Assembly (NCBI GenBank): GCA_016183365.1
Contig: JACPES010000003.1
Span: forward strand, 13,726-77,725
DNA length: 64,000 bases
Source: Candidatus Collierbacteria bacterium
GTDB lineage: Bacteria; Patescibacteriota; Microgenomatia; UBA1400; JACPES01
Direction of reading: 5' to 3'
A program made the position numbers and the translations under genes. Numbering within the stretch: the first letter of the stretch is position 1; each line of letters opens with the position of its first letter. Below the pieces are notes generated by a model that was given only the letters and a program-made list of their open reading frames with translations, searched no databases and was not told the origin of the DNA. Positions 25,167-34,177 of the stretch are shown here, piece after piece.

Positions 25167-27043
25167 TTTCCTCCACCAGTGGCAGACTGGACCTCGGTAA
25201 TTACCGCTCCAATCGTCTTATCAGTAAAATTCATCCCCAATTCAAGCAGGAGTTCTAATAACCCCAAAAGTCCCGCCTGTTCCAACTTTTTCTTCTTCTC
25301 TCCCGTCGGCGCTCCGGTCACTCCCGTCTCATCCATTCTGCTTCTCACCGCTATTTCCGTTAATTTCCGCCCGCCCGGAGTTCCCAAGGCTCCGGCAAAA
25401 AATCCTTTGACAACTTCTTTAGCCGCTTCACCCTCTTCCATAAATTCCATCGCCGACCCGATCGCCTGATTGTATGCTTCCGCCAACCTGACTTTTTGTT
25501 CTCCTTCGGTACCACTGGTATCATTTCTCGCTTTATCCAACTCCGCCAGCGCTCCGGCAAATCCTTGTTTTCTTCTTTCAAATTTCTGCTTTGACATCTC
25601 CTCGGCTGCTTTCGGCATCGGTTCGAAGGAGGTATGAACCAACTCTTCACGTAGCACCTCTCCGGGCCTAAGCCCTCCGCCGCCGATGTAAGAGACGCCA
25701 TCAATAACTGCTTGGTTAGCCGGAACAACAGCCCCCTCTTCATCTTCAAAAGCCGGGGACAGAGGCAAATCTGCCGGAAATTCATCGACTGAAGACGGGA
25801 CAGGAGTTTCCGTAGTAACTGGCACAGGTGGCTCTTCAGCCACTTCGATAACAGGCAATTCTGGTGCGGCAATCACTTCCGGAGTTGCTTCCGCTTCAGG
25901 CGGCTCTGACATCTCCGCCGGCGCGCCTTCCTCTGACAGAACCGACGTCTCCGCCACTGTCACCGCTTCTGGGCTAGAGGTTTTAGCTTCATCAGCCAAC
26001 CGAAGTTGCGCTAGCTCCCACTGTGTTAATAATGTTCCCTCCGCTTGTTTCCGTCTAATTTGTGCCACTGGATCTTCCGGCGCCATTGGCGGTTCTCCGA
26101 TTTCCCCTATTTCATCCTGTGGCTTTTCTGGCACTAACGCCGAGAATGTTTCAAGCTCCTGTCTTAATCGCTTTAGTTTGGCGTATTCCTCGTCACCGAT
26201 AGACTCTGCGGTCTTAATCGTCGCTATTTCCACAGCGGTCAACAACAATCCAGACTTCTGTTTTTCCTGCAAGTCACGAACTGCGGTTTTGGAATGTATT
26301 TTTGCCAGTAGGCCGGATATATCTTGTTTCAATTCTTGCAGCCGCGTTTCAACCAAAGTTCTATCTTGACCTTCCATTTGCGCTATTTCCACAGCGGTCA
26401 ACAATTTCCCGGCCGCCTTACGATCAAACACATCTTTAACAGCCGCCATTGATTTCATCTCTGAAACCACTTGCTGAACTGATTCAACGAGATCTGCGGG
26501 TTGTGCGGCGGCTTCGGCAGCTACCGACACCAGTTCAGCTGCTGGTTCAAGACCTGGAGCAGCCGGAGCTTCCCCGACTGCCTCGGGAACTGACTCAACC
26601 GGAACGGAAATTTGCGGTTCGACTTCAGCTCTCGCTTCGGAAGAAGGCGCCGGGGCTTCTGCTACCGTTAACGCTGGCGGAGCTTCTGGAGCTGGAATCG
26701 GCGCTGGCGCCTCCGTTTCTGGCAAAGGCACTTCGAAAGTCGGCGCAACTACCGCTTCTCCCTGTCCGCCCTGCAGCCAATCCGGAAATTCATCGATTAA
26801 GGTCGGGACTGCGGTTGCTACCGCCGGCGCCGGAACTTCTATCACCGCTGGTTCAGGCCTTCGCGCCAAACCAGGCGCATCTGCCGGGATCAGTTCTACT
26901 GCTTCCGGCAGAAGGGACACACCTGCAGGTTGCGGAACGGCCGTTGGAGTTTCTGTCGGCTTTTTCAGTCTCAAATTAAGAGTCCTTTTTAGAGAATCTA
27001 ATAATCCAACTACACTTGGTTTTGCTTCTGGAGAATCGGACAT
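25163..27043 (-). CDS. Pro/Ala/Glu-rich repeat protein (626 aa)
   Basis: Contains internal peptide repeats (LLTAVEIAQM, LLTAVEIATI, LLTQWELAQL) and DNA repeats (GCTATTTCCACAGCGGTCAACAA at about 26220 and 26385). No signal peptide. Confidence 0.4.
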   Translation of the reverse strand: MSDSPEAKPSVVGLLDSLKRTLNLRLKKPTETPTAVPQPAGVSLLPEAVELIPADAPGLARRPEPAVIEVPAPAVATAVPTLIDEFPDWLQGGQGEAVVAPTFEVPLPETEAPAPIPAPEAPPALTVAEAPAPSSEARAEVEPQISVPVESVPEAVGEAPAAPGLEPAAELVSVAAEAAAQPADLVESVQQVVSEMKSMAAVKDVFDRKAAGKLLTAVEIAQMEGQDRTLVETRLQELKQDISGLLAKIHSKTAVRDLQEKQKSGLLLTAVEIATIKTAESIGDEEYAKLKRLRQELETFSALVPEKPQDEIGEIGEPPMAPEDPVAQIRRKQAEGTLLTQWELAQLRLADEAKTSSPEAVTVAETSVLSEEGAPAEMSEPPEAEATPEVIAAPELPVIEVAEEPPVPVTTETPVPSSVDEFPADLPLSPAFEDEEGAVVPANQAVIDGVSYIGGGGLRPGEVLREELVHTSFEPMPKAAEEMSKQKFERRKQGFAGALAELDKARNDTSGTEGEQKVRLAEAYNQAIGSAMEFMEEGEAAKEVVKGFFAGALGTPGGRKLTEIAVRSRMDETGVTGAPTGEKKKKLEQAGLLGLLELLLELGMNFTDKTIGAVITEVQSATGGGK

Positions 27044-27173
27044 TAATTTGAATTAGATCACGCGGACAACTCGTGTGTCAACCCCTGAATAAACCCCAAA
27101 TAGTATATCATAATCTCCTTACGGTACTCGTTGCCTCGGAACGATTTTTATGTCGCCGCCTCTAACCATTTGT

Positions 27174-27537
27174 TCAAACCTCTCTTTTGTTTGTTTTGCT
27201 CGCCTCATCTGGTCCGCCACTATCCTCCGTCAGAACATAGAAAACCTTCGGCGCAGTCCCTACTTTAATTAAAATTCCAGCAGTAACCAATTTCTTTAGC
27301 TGTCGATGAATGGCAATACTCCCTATCCTTAGAAACTCTACCAAGTCGATGACTCTAGCCCGACTGTTCGCTTGGATAAAAATGTATGGCCGTCCCGCCT
27401 TTAAAAACGATTTGGTGATTTTTGGAATATTCATAAAGCCGGCTCAAGAAAAGCAATTGCAGGTATTCGCGGACCACTGTCGCGTCATTGGTCTTATATT
27501 GGCGGGAAAAAGGTGTTAATTGGGCCAGGGAAATCAT
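27174..27537 (-). pseudogene. AbiEii-like nucleotidyltransferase toxin, frameshifted and truncated
   Basis: One frame gives the N-terminus ...LYEYSKNHQIVFKGGTAIHFYPSEQSG then a stop. A second frame continues SRARVIDLVEF... (RxSxDIDL-like). The total is far shorter than a full AbiEii. It is adjacent to the abiEi-like gene. Confidence 0.4.
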
Positions 27538-28100
27538 ATTGCAAGGTTGGGATACATTTTGGCGTAATTTAGCAACTTTTTCTTATCGATTAAGGACCAG
27601 TCCAATTCATCTTTGGAAAAAGATTTTAAGCCTTTGGAGGCCAAATATGCCTGATCAAGAACGGCTTTTTCCGGGTCAGCGATTAAGAAACCCTCCTGTT
27701 TTTTGTCATAGCCCCAGAATAAATCTTTTTTGAGATGAGAATATGAATATATCTGGTTTTTTAGATTGTATTTAGCGGTTTTTAGAGATGTAACGCTGGT
27801 AACTCCAACCGCAAATTGGGATAAAATGCCGTAGTAGGAAAGAGCTGATTCAAAAGAAATATAAGAAGGCCGGTAATAATAATTGGCAATTAAAAATTGA
27901 TGCGCCGGTTTCTGGGCAAGAATGTAACAATTTTTTCCCATCTTCTCTAGGATGCCGTTTTTCAGCAATTTGGAAATGACAGAAAACGCCGACCTTTCTT
28001 TAGATATTTTTAATATATCAGCCAGTGATTCGCTGGAAAAAACGGTAATCGGAGAAATAAACAGGGTTTGGGTGGCTCGGGCTAAATTATACGTTTCCAT
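27534..28100 (-). CDS. AbiEi-family antitoxin / transcriptional regulator
   Basis: Has the conserved PSYISFESALSYYGILSQ...VTSVTSLKTAKY block typical of AbiEi-type antitoxins. A perfect 9-bp inverted repeat lies in its promoter region. Confidence 0.5.
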   Translation of the reverse strand: METYNLARATQTLFISPITVFSSESLADILKISKERSAFSVISKLLKNGILEKMGKNCYILAQKPAHQFLIANYYYRPSYISFESALSYYGILSQFAVGVTSVTSLKTAKYNLKNQIYSYSHLKKDLFWGYDKKQEGFLIADPEKAVLDQAYLASKGLKSFSKDELDWSLIDKKKLLNYAKMYPNLAI

Positions 28101-28126
28101 TTACTGCATATTATGTGCAGTAAAAT
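28098..28126. promoter_or_regulatory. Perfect inverted repeat TTTACTGCA-N7-TGCAGTAAA, candidate AbiEi operator
   Basis: Palindrome seen in the sequence, overlapping the abiEi start codon. AbiEi antitoxins are known autoregulators that bind inverted repeats. Confidence 0.4.
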
Positions 28127-28165
28127 AGAACGTGTCAGCAGTAATTTTAATGCTAAGATAATCGT

Positions 28166-31100
28166 ATGGTAACCACTACCCGCGATCAAATTGCCGTCGC
28201 CGCCATCCAAGACATTCTCCGCCGTGAAGATTATCAGCCCGAACTCTTAAAAGACATGGCCAAAGCCTTGGCCAAGGCCAGGAATGTTCTGCCGCCGCCG
28301 GATGCCATCATCGTCCGGAACAAAGTTTATTCCTTAAAAACCATCGAGGAACGCCTGGTTCAATTTATCCACTATCTGCCGCCGGATAATCGTCCGGAAA
28401 TTACCGATACATCCTTCTATGACGAAAATTTCTTGAATCAATTAATTTCTATTATTGACGAAGTCTCGGGATTCGCTCCATCCCCTAAGGCAAAAGTTTC
28501 CATGGACGCGGTAGTCCCTGCTAATCTCCAAGAATTGCTCGAGGCCCAAGCCAAAGCCACCGCCGAAAAAAAACAAGCCCTCGGCCGGCCGTCGCAACTT
28601 ACGCAACAAATCAAACAAGCCCAGGAAATCGGCATCCGCAGCCAGCTTTTAAGGGTCGCCGTTTCCCGGCGCTTGTACTTGACACTGTTGGAATCTTCAT
28701 ACATCAAAGACTTGCAAGTTATCTATGGCAAAGAAACAGTCAATCAATTTTTAACGCAAAGAATTGACTTAGCCGTCAATCAGTCCATCACTGCCTTGGC
28801 GATGAACCAGCTGGGATTATCCGATCCCGCCAATGCCGCCGCCTATTTCACCTCTCAATTGGAAAAAAATCTCAAAACCGATCGCAACCTGGCAGTGGCT
28901 TTGGCCAAAACCCCCAAAATCAGCCGGAAAAACGCCTTGGTTGACGCTAAAAATTTAGCCGGGGATGCGGTTGCCGAAATCCAACCCGCCGCCGAAGCAT
29001 TTAGGGCCGAACAGGATTCCTCTCCGATTTATCGCGCCACAGCCCAAGAAATTGCCCAAGGCGAGATTGAGGCCGCCCTGGCAAAATCCGGACAACAACT
29101 TTCCAAAAAACAAGCTAGCCGTCTGGCTGATACCTTGGCTAAATACTCCGATCACTCGGACAAACAATTGCTGATTCTAAAACGGATTCTCCCCGGAATT
29201 TCACCGGAAACAGGACAGGAAATGATTGGTCGTCTTCAACCGGCTATTTCGGCTTTAGCCAGAAGCTCCGACCATCCGTCTATCGCCGAGACTATAAATG
29301 AAGCCTCGTTGATTAATTTGGCCCGGACTAATCCGGCCCTTTTCCCTTTTAGATTAATGGCGGCCATCCGCGGCAATCGGCTGTCTGACGGAGAAACCGT
29401 CGCCTTAACTGTCAGACTCTCGCAACAATTAAGGGTTTCTCTTGATTATGTCGCTCTAAGATTATCAGGGATCAATGCCAAAGATTTGCAAGGCCATCTT
29501 GTTTCTTTAACCAAAGGCCTGCCAGTATTAGGACTTTTGCCTACTCGGCCACCCATAAATCCCAATAGTCCCATTTTCAGACGCTTGAATGACGCCTTGC
29601 CCGGAGTTAGTCAGATAGATAGGGCCAAAGAAGAATTTCAATTCAATCCGATTGCTTCCGGCCTTAATCTGCGGAGCAACTGGTACTCAATAACTCACTT
29701 TTTTAATGTCGGTAAAGCTATTCGCTACAACCTGGGCCGCTTGCCATCAATCAATAGAATGGCTTCTTCCGCTCAAACCGTATTCTCCGGGTTAAGGATC
29801 CGGTCAGGAATCGCCAATTCTGCTTTCAGTTTCTTTACCTCGGTTTCCGGAGGCATTGGCAAACTTAGGTCGGCCGCCGCCTACCCTTTCCGGGCCGTAG
29901 GCTCTGTAATCTCCGCCGGCTGGAGTAAGGCCAAATCCTGGGCCGGAATCCAAGTTAAAGCCGGTCTGGCTAAGGCCGGAGCCTGGCTGGCCAAAAAAGG
30001 CGTCACTGCCGCTGCCACTAAATTAGGTCTGATAGCGGTAGGCAAGGGAGCGGCCGCGCTTTTGGCTCAAGCCGTCCCCATCGCCGGCCAGATCTTCGCC
30101 GCCGCCCTAATCGGCGGCGACATCCTCAAATTCCTCTGGAATAACCGCAAAGAAATCGGGGCTGGCTTGGCGGGGATGTTTTTCCTGGGACAAATGATTT
30201 TGGCAAAAATTCTGGGATTCCTTGGCGCTGCCGCGTGGACCTTGGGCGGGGGGATTCTTGGAGGAGTTATCGGATTCGCGATCGGCGGACCGATTGGAGC
30301 CGTCGTCGGAACTCTGGTCGGCGGCACAATCGGCTATTTGATTTCTTCCGGCGCCCTCGGTTCCGCTCTTGCCGGCGTCGCCGGGTGGCTGGGCTCGATC
30401 GCCGTCGGAATTGGCTCATTCATCGCTACGATTACTTCACCCGCCGCTCTTGCCGGCGTCGCCGGCACGGTGGCCACCGTCAGCGTCGTCGGCGCCATCG
30501 GCGGCGGGGCTTTTCTGGCAATCCAAAACCAGCATGCCCAAACCGCCGCCCTCTATGTCCAAACCGCTGCTCCAGACAGTTTCGGCCGCGGCCGGGGGGC
30601 GGATATTCCCGCTTGCTGGCCGACGTCAGGAACCATCGCCCAAGGGCCATATAACGACCGGCCGATTGTTTGCCAAAGCGGTGGCAAGGTGGTAACTTGT
30701 TCTCATGCCGCTTACAATTCCAACGCCGTCGACATTGCCAAGAGCCCTGTCGGCGAGCCGGTTTACGCCAGCCACGACGGTGTCGCCACCGCTTTCGCCT
30801 TCAGCCCGGTGGCCGAATTTGGCAATTACGTGATCGTCCAGTCTTCTCCTAAAGGTTTCCTGACTATCTATGCCCACCTCCTAGAATTCGACTTACCCAC
30901 CGGAGTTCCCACTCAAATCACCGGCGGCACGCGAATCGGCCTCATGGGTACCAGCGGTAACAGCACCGGACCACATCTGCACTATGAGCTAAATAATGAC
31001 GGACACATCGATACAATTGTGCCACAATACAATCTTTACGATACCGTCGCCTACGACCCGGTTTGCATCGGCCAGTCATCATCCTCGATCAGTGGCTGGA

Positions 31101-31768
31101 TTTCTCGGGTGTCCGGCGCCAACAACGTCATCGCCACCACTAACACCGAATACGACGCCACCGGCGGCGAGGGGATAAACGCCTGCACTTGGCTGGAAAA
31201 ACACGGTGAAGCGTCGGTGGCTGTCAACGCCAATTTCTTCGAAGCCCAAAGCACCAAGAAAATTCCTCGCGGTCCGGCGTCATACCGGCTGGATCCGATT
31301 CCCCATTCGCTGGATCCCCGCTACAGTTTTTGGAGCATTTATGCCAGTGGCTCGAACTTCACGCTTGGACCGGCAGACATTGCTACCCGGCCGCATCAGT
31401 TTGCCGTCTCCGGTTCGCCATTACTAATTCGCGGCAACACAGCGATGCCAATCCCCGATACCTCTGATGGTCCGCAGCATTTTGTCTGGCACACCAAAGA
31501 TACCCGACTAGCGATGGGCTTCACTGGCGCGTCAGCCGTGATCGTCGTTCTGGATAATGCTACGGTCAAGGACATGCAAAAATTCCTACTGTCACAGAAT
31601 ATCCAGAACGCCATCAATCTCGACGGCGGCTCGTCGGCGACGCTGTGCGAGCGAACCGGCTCGGGCGTCATATCCATCATCAGCACCGGCCGAAAGTCGG
31701 CCAACAGCATTGGCTTTATCGGCGGGACGATCGAAAAAATTACCGGCGGACTGGCTCCGGGACCCTAG
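28166..31768 (+). CDS. 1200-aa cell-wall hydrolase: cytoplasmic N-domain, glycine-zipper TM cluster, M23 peptidase and phosphodiester-glycosidase domains
   Basis: M23 motifs HDGVATAF...GTSGNSTGPHLHYE. C-terminal NAGPA-like NLDGGSSATL. The central Gly-rich region has multiple predicted TM helices (GAGLAGMFFLGQMILAKILGFLGAAAW...). It sits at the start of the second T4SS block, in the position a PrgK/VirB1 analogue would occupy. Confidence 0.65.
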   Translation: MVTTTRDQIAVAAIQDILRREDYQPELLKDMAKALAKARNVLPPPDAIIVRNKVYSLKTIEERLVQFIHYLPPDNRPEITDTSFYDENFLNQLISIIDEVSGFAPSPKAKVSMDAVVPANLQELLEAQAKATAEKKQALGRPSQLTQQIKQAQEIGIRSQLLRVAVSRRLYLTLLESSYIKDLQVIYGKETVNQFLTQRIDLAVNQSITALAMNQLGLSDPANAAAYFTSQLEKNLKTDRNLAVALAKTPKISRKNALVDAKNLAGDAVAEIQPAAEAFRAEQDSSPIYRATAQEIAQGEIEAALAKSGQQLSKKQASRLADTLAKYSDHSDKQLLILKRILPGISPETGQEMIGRLQPAISALARSSDHPSIAETINEASLINLARTNPALFPFRLMAAIRGNRLSDGETVALTVRLSQQLRVSLDYVALRLSGINAKDLQGHLVSLTKGLPVLGLLPTRPPINPNSPIFRRLNDALPGVSQIDRAKEEFQFNPIASGLNLRSNWYSITHFFNVGKAIRYNLGRLPSINRMASSAQTVFSGLRIRSGIANSAFSFFTSVSGGIGKLRSAAAYPFRAVGSVISAGWSKAKSWAGIQVKAGLAKAGAWLAKKGVTAAATKLGLIAVGKGAAALLAQAVPIAGQIFAAALIGGDILKFLWNNRKEIGAGLAGMFFLGQMILAKILGFLGAAAWTLGGGILGGVIGFAIGGPIGAVVGTLVGGTIGYLISSGALGSALAGVAGWLGSIAVGIGSFIATITSPAALAGVAGTVATVSVVGAIGGGAFLAIQNQHAQTAALYVQTAAPDSFGRGRGADIPACWPTSGTIAQGPYNDRPIVCQSGGKVVTCSHAAYNSNAVDIAKSPVGEPVYASHDGVATAFAFSPVAEFGNYVIVQSSPKGFLTIYAHLLEFDLPTGVPTQITGGTRIGLMGTSGNSTGPHLHYELNNDGHIDTIVPQYNLYDTVAYDPVCIGQSSSSISGWISRVSGANNVIATTNTEYDATGGEGINACTWLEKHGEASVAVNANFFEAQSTKKIPRGPASYRLDPIPHSLDPRYSFWSIYASGSNFTLGPADIATRPHQFAVSGSPLLIRGNTAMPIPDTSDGPQHFVWHTKDTRLAMGFTGASAVIVVLDNATVKDMQKFLLSQNIQNAINLDGGSSATLCERTGSGVISIISTGRKSANSIGFIGGTIEKITGGLAPGP

Positions 31769-31786
31769 TTTTGGAAATTCGTTACA

Positions 31787-32785
31787 ATGACAGCAGTGAA
31801 AAACAAATTAAACCAACTATTACGACTGCTGCAGACCCACTGGCTGCTTACTGTCCTGGGCCTGGTTATCATCTTAATACCCATAATTATTTTGATCCGC
31901 GGGCAAAGACCGCCCCGGGTGACTGTGCCGCCGCCAGAAATTACCGGTCAGGTTCCGAATAAAGCCGTCCGCAGCATCACCTACACTGGCCAACAGTTAA
32001 TCCTGCCAAAGACAATGGTTGTTTACCGTAACACTGCCAGTGAACTATCGCTGATGAACCTAGTCAAACGGATCGCTACCAGCCGAAATTTACCTCCCTC
32101 CCCCAACAGTTCCACCCTGTGGGTGTCTGGCGAAACCGGCGAGTATGTCCATTTGGATCAAGCCCACGGCGTGGTCACTTACGGCCAAAATTTACCACCG
32201 GAAGATGCGCCCGCTCCCCAGACAGACCGCGCTCGCCAGCTGGCCCAGCAGTGGGTAAAAGACACGCTATCGCTGACGGTCCGCCCGGATGAGAAAAATA
32301 TCAAGTATTTTGCCGTTTCCGGCTCACAACTGGTGCCGGTCGATCCCGGCAGCGCAGAGGTGATCGAGATCCCGTTGAATTTAACGATTGGCCAATACCC
32401 GGTGATGATTGGCAATGCGGCTATTCCAGTTGCCACCGTCAGCGTCGGCCGCAATCACACAATCAATCGAGCCATCCTCAAACCATTTGCCCTGACTCCG
32501 ATGTCCGCTAGCGAACTACCAACAATTGATTTATCCACCATCGTCAAAAACCTGACGGATAAAGCCGAGATTATTAGCATTATGCCGGAAGCGCCAATTG
32601 ATACCAACGCTCATCCGCCCACGGAAATTACCCTAACCGAAGTCCAAATCCAATATCGTCTCGATCCCAATACCAATCTCATCTACCCTTATGTCGCTTT
32701 TACCGGCACCGCCAAACTCCAGGGTGAATCTGTCACGGCCGACGTAAACGTGATTTCTCCCGTCGTTAACACCGCTGCCCCCTAA
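31787..32785 (+). CDS. Bitopic membrane protein, possible VirB8/TcpC/PrgL analogue
   Basis: N-terminal TM helix (LLTVLGLVIILIPIIILI) followed by a ~300-aa extracytoplasmic domain. The size and position match a VirB8-like component, but no motif confirms it. Confidence 0.3.
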   Translation: MTAVKNKLNQLLRLLQTHWLLTVLGLVIILIPIIILIRGQRPPRVTVPPPEITGQVPNKAVRSITYTGQQLILPKTMVVYRNTASELSLMNLVKRIATSRNLPPSPNSSTLWVSGETGEYVHLDQAHGVVTYGQNLPPEDAPAPQTDRARQLAQQWVKDTLSLTVRPDEKNIKYFAVSGSQLVPVDPGSAEVIEIPLNLTIGQYPVMIGNAAIPVATVSVGRNHTINRAILKPFALTPMSASELPTIDLSTIVKNLTDKAEIISIMPEAPIDTNAHPPTEITLTEVQIQYRLDPNTNLIYPYVAFTGTAKLQGESVTADVNVISPVVNTAAP

Positions 32786-32844
32786 CAACCGCGCGACCGA
32801 CAACATGATCCTCAAACAATTCCTCGAACTGGCAGACGGAATTT

Positions 32845-34035
32845 TTGGGAAGTTTCGCAAGCTTCCGTCTCTCCTTGTTACCCCTCTTCCACCAGTATAA
32901 AATTAACCCTATGATTGAACACCCTATTCCTCAAAATGTCACCAGCTACCAGTTCCGCCTCATCGGCGATATGACTTTAAAACAATTCATCGAATTGGCC
33001 GGAGGAGTAGTGGCCGGCTGGCTGATTTGGAGCCTTGATCTGCCAGCAATTATCCGGTGGCCCATGGTAATCATGGCGGTAATTTTGGGGTTTGGATTGG
33101 CGTTTATGCCCCTGGAAGATCGGCCGCTGGATCAATGGTTTATCGCCTTTTTCCGGGCCATTTACCGGCCAACCATTTTTGTCTGGAAAAAAGCTGTCCG
33201 CGATGATATTTTAAGCTTTCAGGCTAGCCCGGCAGAATCAAAATCCGTTTTAGAATCTGCGGTTAAAATGCCCACGGCCAAGCTTGAGTCTTTGTTGGCC
33301 GGCTATAAGATAAATGAGGCAGTAGAAGCCGATCCATTACTGGATGCTTGGGAAAAACGCTTGGCAGCCGTTCCGCAATTATTTTCCGAAGTCACGGTGC
33401 CTAAAAAACTAGCCGACGTAACCGTCTTTCCTCAAGTCAGGGCGGTAGATTTAAGCTATCACGTTTCGGATTTAACCCCAGTCCTCCATCCATTAACTCC
33501 ACCAGAGGATCCGGATGCCATTCTGCGGGGGGAAATTACTTTACCGGCCCACCGTCTCCGAGTCCCGCAGAATTTACCGATAGCCATTGGCGATGCCCCG
33601 GCTAAACCTGCACTTCTCGTCAAACGCGGAGATTCTTTAAGTCAAATAGGGACATCTGAAATCAAACTCCCGTCTTTTAATACGGCCGTTGTCAAGTCCA
33701 GAACCGGAGCCGTTTCGGCAACAGTAATGCAATCCTTAATCTTGCCATCCAGCCCATCTATTCCTAATGTCCTGACCGGAATTGTGGTAACTTCAGACGG
33801 ACAAATCGCTGACAATGCCATTGTTGAAATCCGGCGCCTGACCGATCATCTACCGGTTAGAGCCGTTAAATCCAATAAACTCGGACATTTTGCCATTGCC
33901 ACTCCTTTAGAAAATGGAAGTTATGAAATCCTGACGGACAAAGACGGTCTGGCCTTTGGTATACTCAAAATTGACGTCGGGGGCTTGATTATGCCGCCGA
34001 TTGAAATTAGAGCAAAAAAAGAAAAGATGTCTTGA
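32845..34035 (+). CDS. PrgI/VirB3-like membrane protein with a C-terminal beta-sandwich extension
   Basis: N-terminus YQFRLIGDMTLKQFIELAGGVVAGWLIW...PMVIMAVILGFGLAFMPLEDRPLDQWFIAFFRAIYRP matches the PrgI-family layout. It lies upstream of VirB4, as prgI does before prgJ. Confidence 0.5.
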   Translation: MGSFASFRLSLLPLFHQYKINPMIEHPIPQNVTSYQFRLIGDMTLKQFIELAGGVVAGWLIWSLDLPAIIRWPMVIMAVILGFGLAFMPLEDRPLDQWFIAFFRAIYRPTIFVWKKAVRDDILSFQASPAESKSVLESAVKMPTAKLESLLAGYKINEAVEADPLLDAWEKRLAAVPQLFSEVTVPKKLADVTVFPQVRAVDLSYHVSDLTPVLHPLTPPEDPDAILRGEITLPAHRLRVPQNLPIAIGDAPAKPALLVKRGDSLSQIGTSEIKLPSFNTAVVKSRTGAVSATVMQSLILPSSPSIPNVLTGIVVTSDGQIADNAIVEIRRLTDHLPVRAVKSNKLGHFAIATPLENGSYEILTDKDGLAFGILKIDVGGLIMPPIEIRAKKEKMS

Positions 34036-34168
34036 AGATAGAAAATAGATATTCTTGATCTTGAATTCTTGACAGCTTGACTATCTGATCAAGGAATCAA
34101 AAAATCAATCCGCCAGCCGGCGGATCAAGTTCAAGAATTTCAAGAATATCCATCTTCAAAATATCTTA
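34026..34168 (+). repeat. About 140-nt palindromic intergenic element, copy B (between the prgI-like gene and ORF 34178)
   Basis: Shares the GATGTCTTGAAG start, the CTTGATCTTGAA(TT)CTTGAC block and the ATCAAGTTCAAGAA...TATCCATCTTCAAAATATC end with copy A. Its centre is CCGCCAGCCGGCGG. Confidence 0.6.
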
Positions 34169-34177
34169 AATTAACAA

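Noticed and set aside
27174-27434. Stand-alone winged-helix regulator call for ORF 27174..27434
   Set aside because: The ORF overlaps the AbiEii N-terminal fragment, and its N-terminus (SRARVIDLVEF) reads better as the continuation of AbiEii after a frameshift. It was therefore merged into the abiEii pseudogene rather than called as a separate regulator, though this remains uncertain.
30235-30695. Arg-rich ORFs 30235..30654 and 30369..30695 inside the 1200-aa hydrolase gene
   Set aside because: These are alternative frames of the Gly/Ala-rich glycine-zipper region; the RRRR translation is an off-frame reading of GGC/GCC repeats.
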